Position numbers and translations under genes: made by a program. Below are positions 17,970 through 26,703 of a stretch of 64,000 bases of DNA, one piece after another (positions within the stretch are counted from its first letter, which is position 1; every line of letters begins with the position of its first letter). The notes beneath the pieces are model-generated. The model did no database searches, was not told the origin of the DNA, and worked only from the letters and a program-made list of their open reading frames with translations. The DNA is from Candidatus Omnitrophota bacterium (GTDB taxonomy: Bacteria; Omnitrophota; Gorgyraeia; Tantalellales; Tantalellaceae): contig JADGBR010000014.1 in the NCBI GenBank assembly GCA_015231405.1, forward strand, positions 3,555-67,554, written 5' to 3'.

Positions 17970-19586
17970 CTATGGATAAAGTCGTTTACGGCGTTCGGCA
18001 ATGGCAGGGTTCGTAAGATATTCGTCATAGGTCGTATCGGCGCGGTCTATGAATCCTTTCGGGGTGATCTCTATGATACGGTTCGCGACCGTCTGTATAA
18101 GCTCGTGGTCATGCGAGGAAAAGATCAGCGGGCCTTTGAACTTGACAAGGCCTTCGTTAAGCGATGTTATGGACTCGAGGTCGAGGTGGTTGGTCGGCTC
18201 GTCAAGGAGAAGAACATTCCCTTTCGCGAGCATCATCCTCGAGAGCATGCACCTCACCTTTTCGCCGCCCGAGAGAACATTAACTTTTTTCAGGGCCTCA
18301 TCGCCGGAAAAAAGCATACGGCCGAGGAATCCCCGTAAATAGGTCTCAAGGTTATTGTCAGAATACTGGCTGAGCCAGTCGATAAGGTTCATGTCGGAAT
18401 CGAAGAAACCGGTATTGTCTTTCGGGTAATACGATACTTTCGTGGAAATGCCCCAGATAAAACTCCCTTTTTCCGGCTGTATCTCTTTCATGAGTATCCT
18501 GAAAAGAGCGGTCTTCGCGAGGTCGTTATAGCCTACCAGCGCGACCTTGTCGTTCCTGTTAATGGTAAGGGTAACATCCTTGAAAAGTTCCTCGCCCCCC
18601 TGGGAAGCGGACAAAGCGTTAAGGCTGAGGATGTTATTGCCCGTCTCTTTTTCGTATTCGAAATTTATGTACGGATATTTCCGGGATGAAGGTTTTATAT
18701 CCTCGAGGACCAGCTTCTCGAGACTTTTCTTGCGGCTTGTCGCCTGCCTGGCCTTCGAGGCGTTAGCGCTGAACCGGGCTATGAACTCCATGAGCTCCTT
18801 GCGCTTATCCATCATTTTTTTATTGGTCTCGGTCTTCTGCCTCAAAGCGAGCTGGCTGGACTGCATCCAGAAGCTGTAATTTCCGGGGAACAACTGTACC
18901 GCCCCGAAATCAATATCCACGATATGCGTACATACCTTATCAAGAAAATGGCGGTCATGGGATACGACTATGGAAATATTCGGAAAATCGATGAGAAAAT
19001 CCTCCAGCCACATGGCGCTCTCAACGTCAAGGTTGTTGGTCGGCTCATCCAAAAGAAGAATGTCGGGGTTCCCGAAAAGCGCCTGGGCGAGAAGTACGCG
19101 GAATTTCTGTCCGCCTTCAAGATGCCTCATCTCGACGTCCCGCAGCTCTTCGGGTATGCCGAGATTGTCCAGGAGTTTAACCGCGTCCGAATCGGCGTTC
19201 CAGCCCCCCAGGGAGTCGAACTCCCCCTCGAGCTCGGAGGCGTGTATCCCGTCGGCTTCGGTGAAATCCGGCTTCGCGTAAACGGCCTCTTTCTCCTTGA
19301 TGAGATCGTAAAGCCTTTTATGCCCCAGGATCACCGTCGTCAATACCGTGTATTCGTCGAAAGCGAACTGGTCCTGTTTAAGCACCGATATCCTTTCACC
19401 GGGAGTCACAAAAACCTCGCCGCGCGTCGACTCTATCTCGCCGGAAAGTATCTTAAGAAAAGTGGATTTTCCGGAACCGTTCGCGCCGATGACGCCGTAA
19501 CAGTTCCCCTGGGTGAAAGTTATATTCACACCGGAAAAAAGGACCCGTTTGCCGTACTGAAGAGCTAAGCCGCTCGTAGTTATCAT
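17970..19586 (-). CDS. ABC-F family ATPase (YbiT/YkpA-like)
   Basis: Two ABC cassettes (GANGSGKST; LLLDEPTNNLD; LSGGEK..LDEPTNHLD), GNY linker, FSANASKARQATSR; no TM helices. Confidence 0.93.
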   Translation of the reverse strand: MITTSGLALQYGKRVLFSGVNITFTQGNCYGVIGANGSGKSTFLKILSGEIESTRGEVFVTPGERISVLKQDQFAFDEYTVLTTVILGHKRLYDLIKEKEAVYAKPDFTEADGIHASELEGEFDSLGGWNADSDAVKLLDNLGIPEELRDVEMRHLEGGQKFRVLLAQALFGNPDILLLDEPTNNLDVESAMWLEDFLIDFPNISIVVSHDRHFLDKVCTHIVDIDFGAVQLFPGNYSFWMQSSQLALRQKTETNKKMMDKRKELMEFIARFSANASKARQATSRKKSLEKLVLEDIKPSSRKYPYINFEYEKETGNNILSLNALSASQGGEELFKDVTLTINRNDKVALVGYNDLAKTALFRILMKEIQPEKGSFIWGISTKVSYYPKDNTGFFDSDMNLIDWLSQYSDNNLETYLRGFLGRMLFSGDEALKKVNVLSGGEKVRCMLSRMMLAKGNVLLLDEPTNHLDLESITSLNEGLVKFKGPLIFSSHDHELIQTVANRIIEITPKGFIDRADTTYDEYLTNPAIAERRKRLYP

Positions 19587-19687
19587 TATTATCGCCTTAC
19601 TTCAACCCGTTCAGATTTATACTCAACTTAAGAGGTTGAGCTTACACAATTTCACGCCATTTGTAAAGCACAAATACCCCCGATAAA

Positions 19688-19729
19688 GACCATGGACCAT
19701 GGACCATGGACTAAGGACTATGGACCATA
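19688..19729. repeat. Heptamer tandem repeat (GACCATG-type x6)
   Basis: gaccatg gaccatg gaccatg gactaag gactatg gaccata in the divergent intergenic region. Confidence 0.85.
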
Positions 19730-19788
19730 GTACAATTTTATTTTTCTCTTATAAATCCACCCTGCCTGGTATATACTCTTATGTACAC

Positions 19789-20928
19789 ATGAATATCAAC
19801 GAACAGAGTAATATCCTTATAACCTGCTCGCGCGGGGTTTCGCCTTTTCTGGAAAAAGAGGCGGCGGCTCTCGGGTTCACCCCCGTATCAACCCACGAAA
19901 CCGGAGTTGTCGTCCGGGGGACGATCAAGGATACCTACAGGCTCAACCTTGAGCTTAGGACGGCGCTAAACGTGCTTTTTCTTCTTAAGGAATTCAGGTG
20001 TACCTCTCCCGAGGTGCTTTACAAAGAGGCCGGGACAGTTAAGTGGGAGGATATCATCCCCCCGGCGGAATACATCTCCGTAGTATCGCAGGTGAATAAC
20101 CCGACCGTGAACAACACTATGTTCGCGAACCAGAAGTTCAAGGACGCCGTTGTCGACCGCATGACAAATAAGACCGGAAAACGCCCTGATTCGGGCCCCG
20201 AAAGGTCCAATATCGTTATTAACTTTTACTGGAACGACCAGAAGGCGTGGATATACCTTAACACTTCCGGGACGAAACTTGCCGACAGAGGTTATAGAAA
20301 AATACCGTTATTGGCCCCCATGCGCGAAACTCTGGCAAGCGCCGTCGTCCAGGCTACCGGGTACAACGGTACATGCCATTTCGTTAACCCGATGACGGGA
20401 AGCGGAACGCTCGCCATCGAGGCGGCTCTTATCGCCCTCGGAAAAGCGCCGGGGCTCTTAAGGAGCAACTTCGGATTGAAACATATTAAGGGATTCGACG
20501 AAACCTATTGGCAGGAACTCCGTAAGGCAACGCTGCAGAAAGCCTCCAAGAAACCGGAATTCAAGATAATAGCCACGGATATCCGCCCCGAGCACGTAGA
20601 CGCCGCCCAAAAGAACGCTAAAACCTGCGGGGTAGACCATTTAATAGAGTTCGGCGTCTCTGATTTCTCTAAAACCGCGGTCCCTCCCGGAAAAGGGATA
20701 GTCCTTCTCAACCCCGAATACGGGGAACGCATGGGCGATAAAATAAACCTTATTTCCGTTTATAAAGGCATCGGAGATTTCTTTAAAAAGGAATGCTCAG
20801 GGTATACCGGATTTGTTTTCACGGGCAACATGGACCTGGCCAAAAAAGTCGGGCTTCGCGCGAGCCAGCGCCTCCCGTTCTTCACGGCGGAGATCGAGTG
20901 CCGGCTGTTGCGGTACGATATATACTAG
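19789..20928 (+). CDS. THUMP-domain RNA methyltransferase (RlmL-like)
   Basis: LADRGYR..APMRETLAS, NPMTGSGTLAIEAA, LLNPEYGERMG; start at MNINEQ because the upstream ORF extension runs through the heptamer repeat. Confidence 0.88.
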   Translation: MNINEQSNILITCSRGVSPFLEKEAAALGFTPVSTHETGVVVRGTIKDTYRLNLELRTALNVLFLLKEFRCTSPEVLYKEAGTVKWEDIIPPAEYISVVSQVNNPTVNNTMFANQKFKDAVVDRMTNKTGKRPDSGPERSNIVINFYWNDQKAWIYLNTSGTKLADRGYRKIPLLAPMRETLASAVVQATGYNGTCHFVNPMTGSGTLAIEAALIALGKAPGLLRSNFGLKHIKGFDETYWQELRKATLQKASKKPEFKIIATDIRPEHVDAAQKNAKTCGVDHLIEFGVSDFSKTAVPPGKGIVLLNPEYGERMGDKINLISVYKGIGDFFKKECSGYTGFVFTGNMDLAKKVGLRASQRLPFFTAEIECRLLRYDIY

Positions 20929-20984
20929 TTAGTGCACGGGTTTGGAAAAGTGCACGGTGCACTAATATTTGGTGCCTGTTTATT

Positions 20985-21983
20985 ATGAACACGCTCGACC
21001 CCGAAACAAAGTCACAATTCTCGGCGCTGACGCCCGAGGTGATCATCAAGATCGCCGAAGACGAACTAATGACTCCCCTGACCGGACTATGCAGGTCCTA
21101 TAACAGCTACATAAACCGTGTATACGAGCTGTCACGCGGGGATAAGACCGGCGTCGTGGCGAAGTTCTACCGTCCGGGAAGATGGTCTAAAGAGGCGTTA
21201 CAGGACGAACACGACTTTCTTACGGAGCTCGCCTCCGGGGATATCCCGGTCATCGCACCCCTGAAACTCCGGGATAATAAGACATTGGGGGAATTCGAGG
21301 GGATATATTTCGCTCTTTTCCCGAAAAAAGGTGGGAGGAACACCGACGAATTCCTAGAGGAAGAATGGCTGGAAATAGGCCGGCTCATCGGACGCGTCCA
21401 CGCCATAGGCGAGAAGCGCCTACCCCGAGATCGCGTAACGCTGACACCTCACCTGGCGACAAGGGACCATATTGATTTCATTTCAAGGGGGGGATTTATA
21501 CCCAAAGAGCTCCTGGCTAAATTCCGGGATACAGCGGCCGCGCTTATAGAACTGACAGGGCCGCTATTTAAGAATAAATCGCTCATAAGGATACACGGCG
21601 ACTGTCATTTCGCTAACATAATTTACAGGCCCGGAGAATCGTTCTACCTCATAGACTTCGACGACATGGCCGTGGGGACTCCCGTCCAGGATGTATGGAT
21701 GCTGCTCCCGGGATACGTTAAGAACTCAAGACATGAGCTCGCGCTTTTTATCGAAGGGTACGAAACATTCAGGGATCTCAACCGTTCTGACCTTGTTTTG
21801 ATAGAGCCCCTCAGGGCTATGAGGTATATCCATTTCACCGCCTGGTGCGCCCGCCAGGTAGCCGACGGCGGCTTTACGAATCTCGCTCCTGGATGGGGGA
21901 CTAAGACCTACTGGCAAACGGAAATATCCGACCTCGAAAAACAGATATCCCTAATAAAACAAGACCTCCCCCCAATAACCTAA
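20985..21983 (+). CDS. srkA: Ser/Thr protein kinase SrkA/RdoA family
   Basis: NSYINRVY, VAKFYRPGRWS, RIHGDCH, IDFDD, VQDVWMLL, LIEPLRAMR..AW. Confidence 0.9.
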   Translation: MNTLDPETKSQFSALTPEVIIKIAEDELMTPLTGLCRSYNSYINRVYELSRGDKTGVVAKFYRPGRWSKEALQDEHDFLTELASGDIPVIAPLKLRDNKTLGEFEGIYFALFPKKGGRNTDEFLEEEWLEIGRLIGRVHAIGEKRLPRDRVTLTPHLATRDHIDFISRGGFIPKELLAKFRDTAAALIELTGPLFKNKSLIRIHGDCHFANIIYRPGESFYLIDFDDMAVGTPVQDVWMLLPGYVKNSRHELALFIEGYETFRDLNRSDLVLIEPLRAMRYIHFTAWCARQVADGGFTNLAPGWGTKTYWQTEISDLEKQISLIKQDLPPIT

Positions 21984-22010
21984 TAACTTAATAACCAATA
22001 ACCAACTAAC
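21973..22010. repeat. 7-8-nt tandem repeat (AATAAC core) between convergent genes
   Basis: caataac ctaataac ttaataac caataac caactaac. Confidence 0.65.
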
Positions 22011-22551
22011 TCTTCTTCCCCCAACTGCCGTTCTCGGCCTGAATGGGCGTTCCAGCCGGGGCGCCTTGCTGCAGGCGCGCGGCGTAGACTTTCTGGACTT
22101 CCTGAACCGAAGTTCCATTCTTGGCGGCTATCCCCTTATAGATGACCATGCGGTCGGCGTTCTCCTCGTTCACTAGGCTTGAGTCGGCATTACCTTTAAC
22201 AACGACCATGCCCTTATTATCCTCTCCGACCGCGCCGGAGCTTTCGAGCGAGACTAGCGTGCTATAACGGGCTTTACGCCGAAGCGCCGCGCTCTCCACC
22301 TCGGGGTCGAGCGACTGGGCATAAGCGGTGGTCTCGAGTATCTCCAACAGGCTTAGAAGCCCCTTGGACGAACCCGCGCCTCCCGTAACTATGCTTTCAA
22401 TATCGTCTATATCTTTCTGCACGTGCTGATAAACGTCAAGCCTCATGGTCACGTCGACCTTGATGGGCTCCTTCGGGGCCTGCACCTTGACCGTGGCGCA
22501 GCCTATCAGAAGAAATAATCCTATTACAGCCAGCGATCTCAGATCCTTCAT
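22006..22551 (-). CDS. Lipoprotein, YnbE-like N-terminus fused to YdbL/DUF1318
   Basis: Lipobox LIGC; APKEPIKVDVTMRLD (YnbE-like); GAVGEDNKG..VNEENADR..Y..IA.KNG..G.W (YdbL-like). Confidence 0.8.
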   Translation of the reverse strand: MKDLRSLAVIGLFLLIGCATVKVQAPKEPIKVDVTMRLDVYQHVQKDIDDIESIVTGGAGSSKGLLSLLEILETTAYAQSLDPEVESAALRRKARYSTLVSLESSGAVGEDNKGMVVVKGNADSSLVNEENADRMVIYKGIAAKNGTSVQEVQKVYAARLQQGAPAGTPIQAENGSWGKKS

Positions 22552-23702
22552 ATGCCCTCCTCTCCTTTTTTAAAGATATCGTGAAGAACAACGTTAAACG
22601 TCCGCTTGCCGGCTTCGCCTTCCATTTCTATATCAAGCGACATATCCCGGCCGTTAAAACCGACCTTCATCCCGCCTTTATTATACACGTAACGGCTGAA
22701 ATTCTCCATTAGCATATCAATGCTCTGGCCCGTCCTTTTGGCCATATTCGCTAGAAAGGTCGTGTCTTTTATAACAAGGACCCCTCCGGGGATATCCGTC
22801 GAAAATTCACCGGTTATGCCGGTAAGCGCCGTCATCGATCCGGCCAGACGAAGCCCGCCCCCTATCGTGCCCGTGACCTCGACCTTTTCCGCGAGCTTAA
22901 AATCCCTGATGAACGTACCCAGGTCTAGTCCGGTAAGATCGATCGACGCCGTAAATCTCCCGTCTTTCCGGAGATCCATTTCGGCTTTGCCTCTGATCAT
23001 CCCGTTAAAAACTGTCCCGGCAAGTTGATCAAGGACGATCGAGTCGTTCTCCACTTTAACGATCCCGCCCACTCCGCTTATGACCGCGTCACCGCAAGTT
23101 ATCTTTCTAGCCGTAAGGACCGCGCCTCCGGCATATGGCGCGCCGGATATTTCAGCCTCCTCTACGGAGATCCCGAAAGCTTTTATCGTTCGTATCACGG
23201 CATCTATCCTGTCCTCGTTCCGGTCGTCGGGATGGAAGTCGATAGCGAGCGTCCCGGAGAGGCTTATACCCTGCGTTTTCAGATCAACCCCCGTCTCCTG
23301 GACCACGACTTTCCCAACGCTGAAAAAGCCCGGACCCGTGCCGGTATTCAACAGTTTTCCGGACTCTCCAGGCTTAAGGCGCCTTAAGTCCATGGATATG
23401 TTCCCGCCGCCGGAGCGGATCTCGGATATATGACCGGCCAAAAGCCCTTTTATGCCGTATGATACGTTTATCCCGTTCAACCGGATATCGTAAACGCCTT
23501 CTTTATTTATTTGAACGTACGTAATATCGATGGATCTTAAGGGATGGAATACACATTTGCCAATAGATACCGAACTTCCGACGAAAGTCTTTTCGATCCC
23601 GGCCTTAGCGATATAGATAATGATATCCGGGGCACAAAAAAGAAATACGACAGGAAAAGCGAAGGTCAAAAGACCTAAGACTATTGCTACAGCTTTTTTC
23701 AT
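22548..23702 (-). CDS. YdbH/AsmA-like intermembrane lipid transport protein (short form)
   Basis: N-terminal TM anchor, beta-rich body, C-terminal MENFSRYVYN..FNVVLH; overlaps the ynbE/ydbL-like start (ATGA). Confidence 0.72.
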   Translation of the reverse strand: MKKAVAIVLGLLTFAFPVVFLFCAPDIIIYIAKAGIEKTFVGSSVSIGKCVFHPLRSIDITYVQINKEGVYDIRLNGINVSYGIKGLLAGHISEIRSGGGNISMDLRRLKPGESGKLLNTGTGPGFFSVGKVVVQETGVDLKTQGISLSGTLAIDFHPDDRNEDRIDAVIRTIKAFGISVEEAEISGAPYAGGAVLTARKITCGDAVISGVGGIVKVENDSIVLDQLAGTVFNGMIRGKAEMDLRKDGRFTASIDLTGLDLGTFIRDFKLAEKVEVTGTIGGGLRLAGSMTALTGITGEFSTDIPGGVLVIKDTTFLANMAKRTGQSIDMLMENFSRYVYNKGGMKVGFNGRDMSLDIEMEGEAGKRTFNVVLHDIFKKGEEGI

Positions 23703-23746
23703 ATCCCCATTTTAAACTTAAACGGTCGCGGTGGAAATGAATTTAA

Positions 23747-23938
23747 TCATATTTTCGAGGGCTTGCACAGATTCTCTTTGGAACGAGCGGCCCTTCCGCA
23801 GTTCAGGCAGTAATACTCCGCGCCCTTAACTATTTCCTTCACCCTTCCCATATCCCCGGAGACCACTATTTTGCATAAATGGTTCGCCTCATGGCAATTA
23901 TCTCCGCCCTTACATAGTTTTACGGTACTGTCGCTCAT
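23747..23938 (-). CDS. Small Cys-rich hypothetical protein
   Basis: KLC..HLCK..YYCLNCGRAA..NLCKP; GGAGG RBS. Confidence 0.75.
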   Translation of the reverse strand: MSDSTVKLCKGGDNCHEANHLCKIVVSGDMGRVKEIVKGAEYYCLNCGRAARSKENLCKPSKI

Positions 23939-24186
23939 GTATAACCTCCCGCGTTTAGTATTATGATACCATTTTTATATCCTTATAGCAATATTAATGA
24001 TTTTCCCGCCGTAAAAACAGTAAGGCTTAGGAATCGGCCGTTTTGGATGGATCCACGGTATTTGCTTATCGCTTGTTACGGTCTTGTGACCCGGTACATT
24101 CCACGATCCGCCTTCCCGGCTCTTTGCCTTTGCCGATAGCCACACTGCCTCGACCGGCCTTATACCGCATGTGTGCAAAAGCCCTC

Positions 24187-24233
24187 TGCAATGACGTGTA
24201 AAGAACCTCGGCGGCGCTTTGGCCGAGGTGGTT
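24187..24233 (-). pseudogene. 47-nt remnant homologous to the giant toxin gene (31743-31789)
   Basis: 41/47 nt identical; reads NHLGQSAAEVLYTSLQ versus NHFGQSAAEALYASLQ. Confidence 0.75.
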
Positions 24234-24254
24234 TGGCCGAAGGGAGAGGGGATG

Positions 24255-24286
24255 AAAAAAAAAGGCGCCGGAGTGCGCCTCTTTTC
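24255..24286 (-). terminator. Rho-independent terminator after TA module 1
   Basis: A9-GGCGC-cggagt-GCGCC-TCTTTT; T-run on the minus strand. Confidence 0.7.
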
Positions 24287-24307
24287 TATTTAACGACGAT
24301 AATTACA

Positions 24308-24637
24308 TTATGCAGATGCGAGCCGGGTTTTAACTTTTGCAGGTTGTTGCTTGAAAGTTATCTCTAATTTCGCATTACATGCCTGCGCTATCTTATTCAA
24401 TAAAGTTACCGTATAGCCTTTATATGCCCCGCTTTCATACCTGGATATGGCGGATTTTGTCGTATGTATCCTTTTGGCCAGTTTCTCCTGCGACAAGTTA
24501 GATTCTTTCCGTAACTTGGCTATTTTCTCAGAGATCAACAGTTTCTGATACTCAGCCTCAAATCGGATACGGAATTTTTCGTCCTGCAATAATTCGTCAA
24601 GATATGTCATCACTTTTTTCTTATCCATAATAAACAC
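24308..24637 (-). CDS. XRE-family HTH antitoxin (HigA-like)
   Basis: LRKESNLSQEKLAKRIHTTKSAISRYESG HTH; overlaps the upstream toxin; start may be ATG 24628. Confidence 0.88.
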   Translation of the reverse strand: MFIMDKKKVMTYLDELLQDEKFRIRFEAEYQKLLISEKIAKLRKESNLSQEKLAKRIHTTKSAISRYESGAYKGYTVTLLNKIAQACNAKLEITFKQQPAKVKTRLASA

Positions 24638-25010
24638 CTCGCTTGTTTCTTTCTAAATATCTGTATCTCATTTTAATCGATTTAGCCAATTCCTTCTTAT
24701 CAGACTTCTGTGTTTTCTTTCTATAACCATTGGTAATAATTATTTTTCCGCCCTCAAAATAGAAATTAAAGAACCTGTAATGCATCGGCTTGAATTCATA
24801 GATCTTCTCGTTTTTGTCCACTATCCTAAATTTATTCTCGTCATGGATCTGGCCCTCTTCCGCCATTAATTTTACCAAAGCGCCCAATTTTAATTTTATA
24901 TTTATCGGCAACGCTTTAATAAGTTCAAGCGCGGGAATATTCCCATATTCATCATAATAGAATTCAACCTGGAATCTCTCCCCCTGATAATAAATATAAT
25001 TACCTGCCAT
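24621..25010 (-). CDS. RelE/ParE superfamily toxin (Gp49/HigB-like)
   Basis: VEFY..IYEFK..YRFF.F..IIITNGYRKKTQK motif; toxin-first order. Confidence 0.88.
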   Translation of the reverse strand: MAGNYIYYQGERFQVEFYYDEYGNIPALELIKALPINIKLKLGALVKLMAEEGQIHDENKFRIVDKNEKIYEFKPMHYRFFNFYFEGGKIIITNGYRKKTQKSDKKELAKSIKMRYRYLERNKRGVYYG

Positions 25011-25027
25011 TTCCTCGCCTCATAAAG

Positions 25028-25045
25028 GTTAGCATATTTGCTAAC
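25028..25045. promoter_or_regulatory. Palindromic operator of TA module 1
   Basis: GTTAGCA-tatt-TGCTAAC just upstream of the toxin; half-site TGCTAAC repeated at 25081. Confidence 0.6.
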
Positions 25046-25092
25046 TATAAACAACTTTTTTTATATATCGTCTTTCAACCTGCTAACTATCT

Positions 25093-25749
25093 TCATCTTG
25101 TTTCATGCTCTTTCAAGAGAACTTCTTTTATCATCTCCACCTTTTTATTCCCGACTCCTGGTACTCCCATTAATTTCCGGGATGGCGCATTGACTACTTT
25201 TTCTATGCTTCCGAAATGGTTCAATAGTTTTAGTCCCGTCTTTTCTCCCACATAGGATACATAGGATAATCCTGTCAGGAAGTATAAGGGACGCTTTCCC
25301 GGTTTTTTGGTTTTTTTACCGTGCCTTTTTCTTACTTCCCCGGCCAAGTATTCGTTCTGCGCGGAGATCAGGCTAAGAAAGGTAGCTGTTTCTTCCGGAT
25401 CTTTTGAGAAGATAACCGGGATCTTCCATTTTACTGATATACTCACAAGTGCTCCTTTTATCGCGTTAGGATGCATGCTATTTGAAATATCCTGGAATAA
25501 CGGGTCGCCTTCGATCAATACTAGCGGCCTTTCGTAATATTTTTTTAATCCCAGGGCTTGCCTGAACAATCTCCCGTCTATAATAGAATTCACGAATTCT
25601 GTCGTTGTCTTCCTTTCGATCACTACATTGTTGTTTATAATGTAATCTCCGAAGTTCAGGTTTTCTACCGTAATATTCGCACCGATCTTATCTTTTAAGA
25701 TCTTATAAACCCCGGATTACAGTTCTCTGATATCGACTTTAATTTTCAT
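25093..25749 (-). pseudogene. ERCC4/XPF-family nuclease with HhH, interrupted by an in-frame TAA at codon 11
   Basis: ATG 25749 (GAAGGGG RBS) reads MKIKVDIREL*SGVYK..GDYII..VIERKT..SIIDGRLFRQ..LIEG..FGSIEKV..VPGVG; the VDxRE, GDY and ERK motifs are in one frame, with the stop at 25717-25719. Confidence 0.85.
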
Positions 25750-25981
25750 AACGTTATTTTCCCCTTCATTATTATAGACACTTTTTTATTCGATAATGTT
25801 TCAAACAATTTCTACCTTTTGGCCTAACACCCAGTTGGAATGCGGCACAACACATTCACCAAGAGCGCACTTACTGACGAACCGTTCCAGAAAAACAGAC
25901 GGCTGCGTTTACTTGTATTGGCGCGGCCGTTCAGGCTGCGCCCGGCTCCGGACGCGGCGTAGACCAAACGGCTTCGCCGGG

Positions 25982-26019
25982 GCTCAAAACAGCCTGCCAT
26001 ATAGCGGGCTGTTTTGAGC
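25982..26019. repeat. Stem-loop with about 16-bp stem
   Basis: GCTCAAAACAGCCTGC-catata-GCGGGCTGTTTTGAGC. Confidence 0.65.
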
Positions 26020-26090
26020 GGGATTAAGCACAGAACAACCTTTGAGGATAACCGAACTATAAGCTATGTTCAACGATTACCCGCCAGCGA

Positions 26091-26118
26091 AGTTAGCATA
26101 ATGCTCGTTAGCGGATGG
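26091..26118 (-). other. dif-like XerC/D site 1
   Basis: Minus strand CCATCCGCTAA-CGAGCA-TTATGCTAACT: 11-6-11 layout with a XerD-like arm (consensus TTATGTTAAAT). Confidence 0.55.
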
Positions 26119-26162
26119 CCCTCCGTAGCCGAATAATATCAAAATAGTTTGGCGAAGGAGGG
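26119..26162. repeat. 44-bp REP-like hairpin, copy 2
   Basis: CCCTCCGTAGCCGAATAATATCAAAATAGTTTGGCGAAGGAGGG; homolog of 6727-6770. Confidence 0.75.
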
Positions 26163-26190
26163 ACGTCGGATAACGCGCATTATGTTAAAG
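26163..26190 (+). other. dif-like XerC/D site 2
   Basis: ACGTCGGATAA-CGCGCA-TTATGTTAAAG; XerD arm 10/11 identical to E. coli dif. Confidence 0.65.
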
Positions 26191-26392
26191 TTTGGTGTTC
26201 GGGGCTAGCTAAGGAGCCGGGGGAACCACTCACGAAAGTATCGCAGACACTGACTCACGAACCACCCATGAGCGACACGGCGGAACCATTATAGGAATAC
26301 CCGGATTTGTTACATATCTTATTTCTTCGTATTGAGTTCAATACTGTGTTTGCATGCAGTGTGTTCTCGTAAGAAGCGACAACAAACCCTGA

Positions 26393-26674
26393 TCAGGCTA
26401 TACGTATCTCAAGTCGCCTGCCTAACGCTTCAGCGGTTTTCTCAAGAGTCGACAATTTGATATCTTCGGCGTGGTTCTCCAGGCGGGAAATAGCTCCCTT
26501 GTATGTGTTCATCTTCTCGGCAAGCTCCTTCTGAGTAAGGCCTTCCTTCTCCCGGGCCATCCTCAACATGACACCGATCTTGAATTCTTTATACCCACGG
26601 TCGAAGGTCTTAGCGAACCTTTTGCTCCTCTTCTTCCTCTTGTCTATATATCTCTGCAGGTCGCTGTTCCTCAT
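26393..26674 (-). CDS. XRE-family HTH antitoxin
   Basis: [38 protein letters not shown]. Confidence 0.9.
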   Translation of the reverse strand: MRNSDLQRYIDKRKKRSKRFAKTFDRGYKEFKIGVMLRMAREKEGLTQKELAEKMNTYKGAISRLENHAEDIKLSTLEKTAEALGRRLEIRIA

Positions 26675-26703
26675 TATAATTTACTCCCGTTTTGTATTAA
26701 TGT

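Noticed and set aside
19699-19788. N-terminal extension of the RNA methyltransferase
   Set aside because: Derived from the GACCATG repeat; TATACT at 19772-19777 supports the start at 19789.
23975-24178. 67-aa minus-strand ORF as a real gene
   Set aside because: Non-ATG start, no RBS or motifs; adjacent to the toxin-gene remnant and likely decayed sequence.
24292-24318. Third dif-like site (AACGACGATAA-TTACA-TTATGCAGAT)
   Set aside because: Spacer is 5 nt rather than 6 and the XerD arm is poor; it overlaps the antitoxin stop codon.
25717-25719. Recoded stop (Sec/Pyl or alternative code) in ERCC4
   Set aside because: The codon is TAA, which terminates many genes here; a nonsense mutation or read error is simpler.
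26163-26190. The chromosomal replication-terminus dif
   Set aside because: Gene orientation stays mostly minus on both sides and the site is paired in inversion; cannot be supported from this window.
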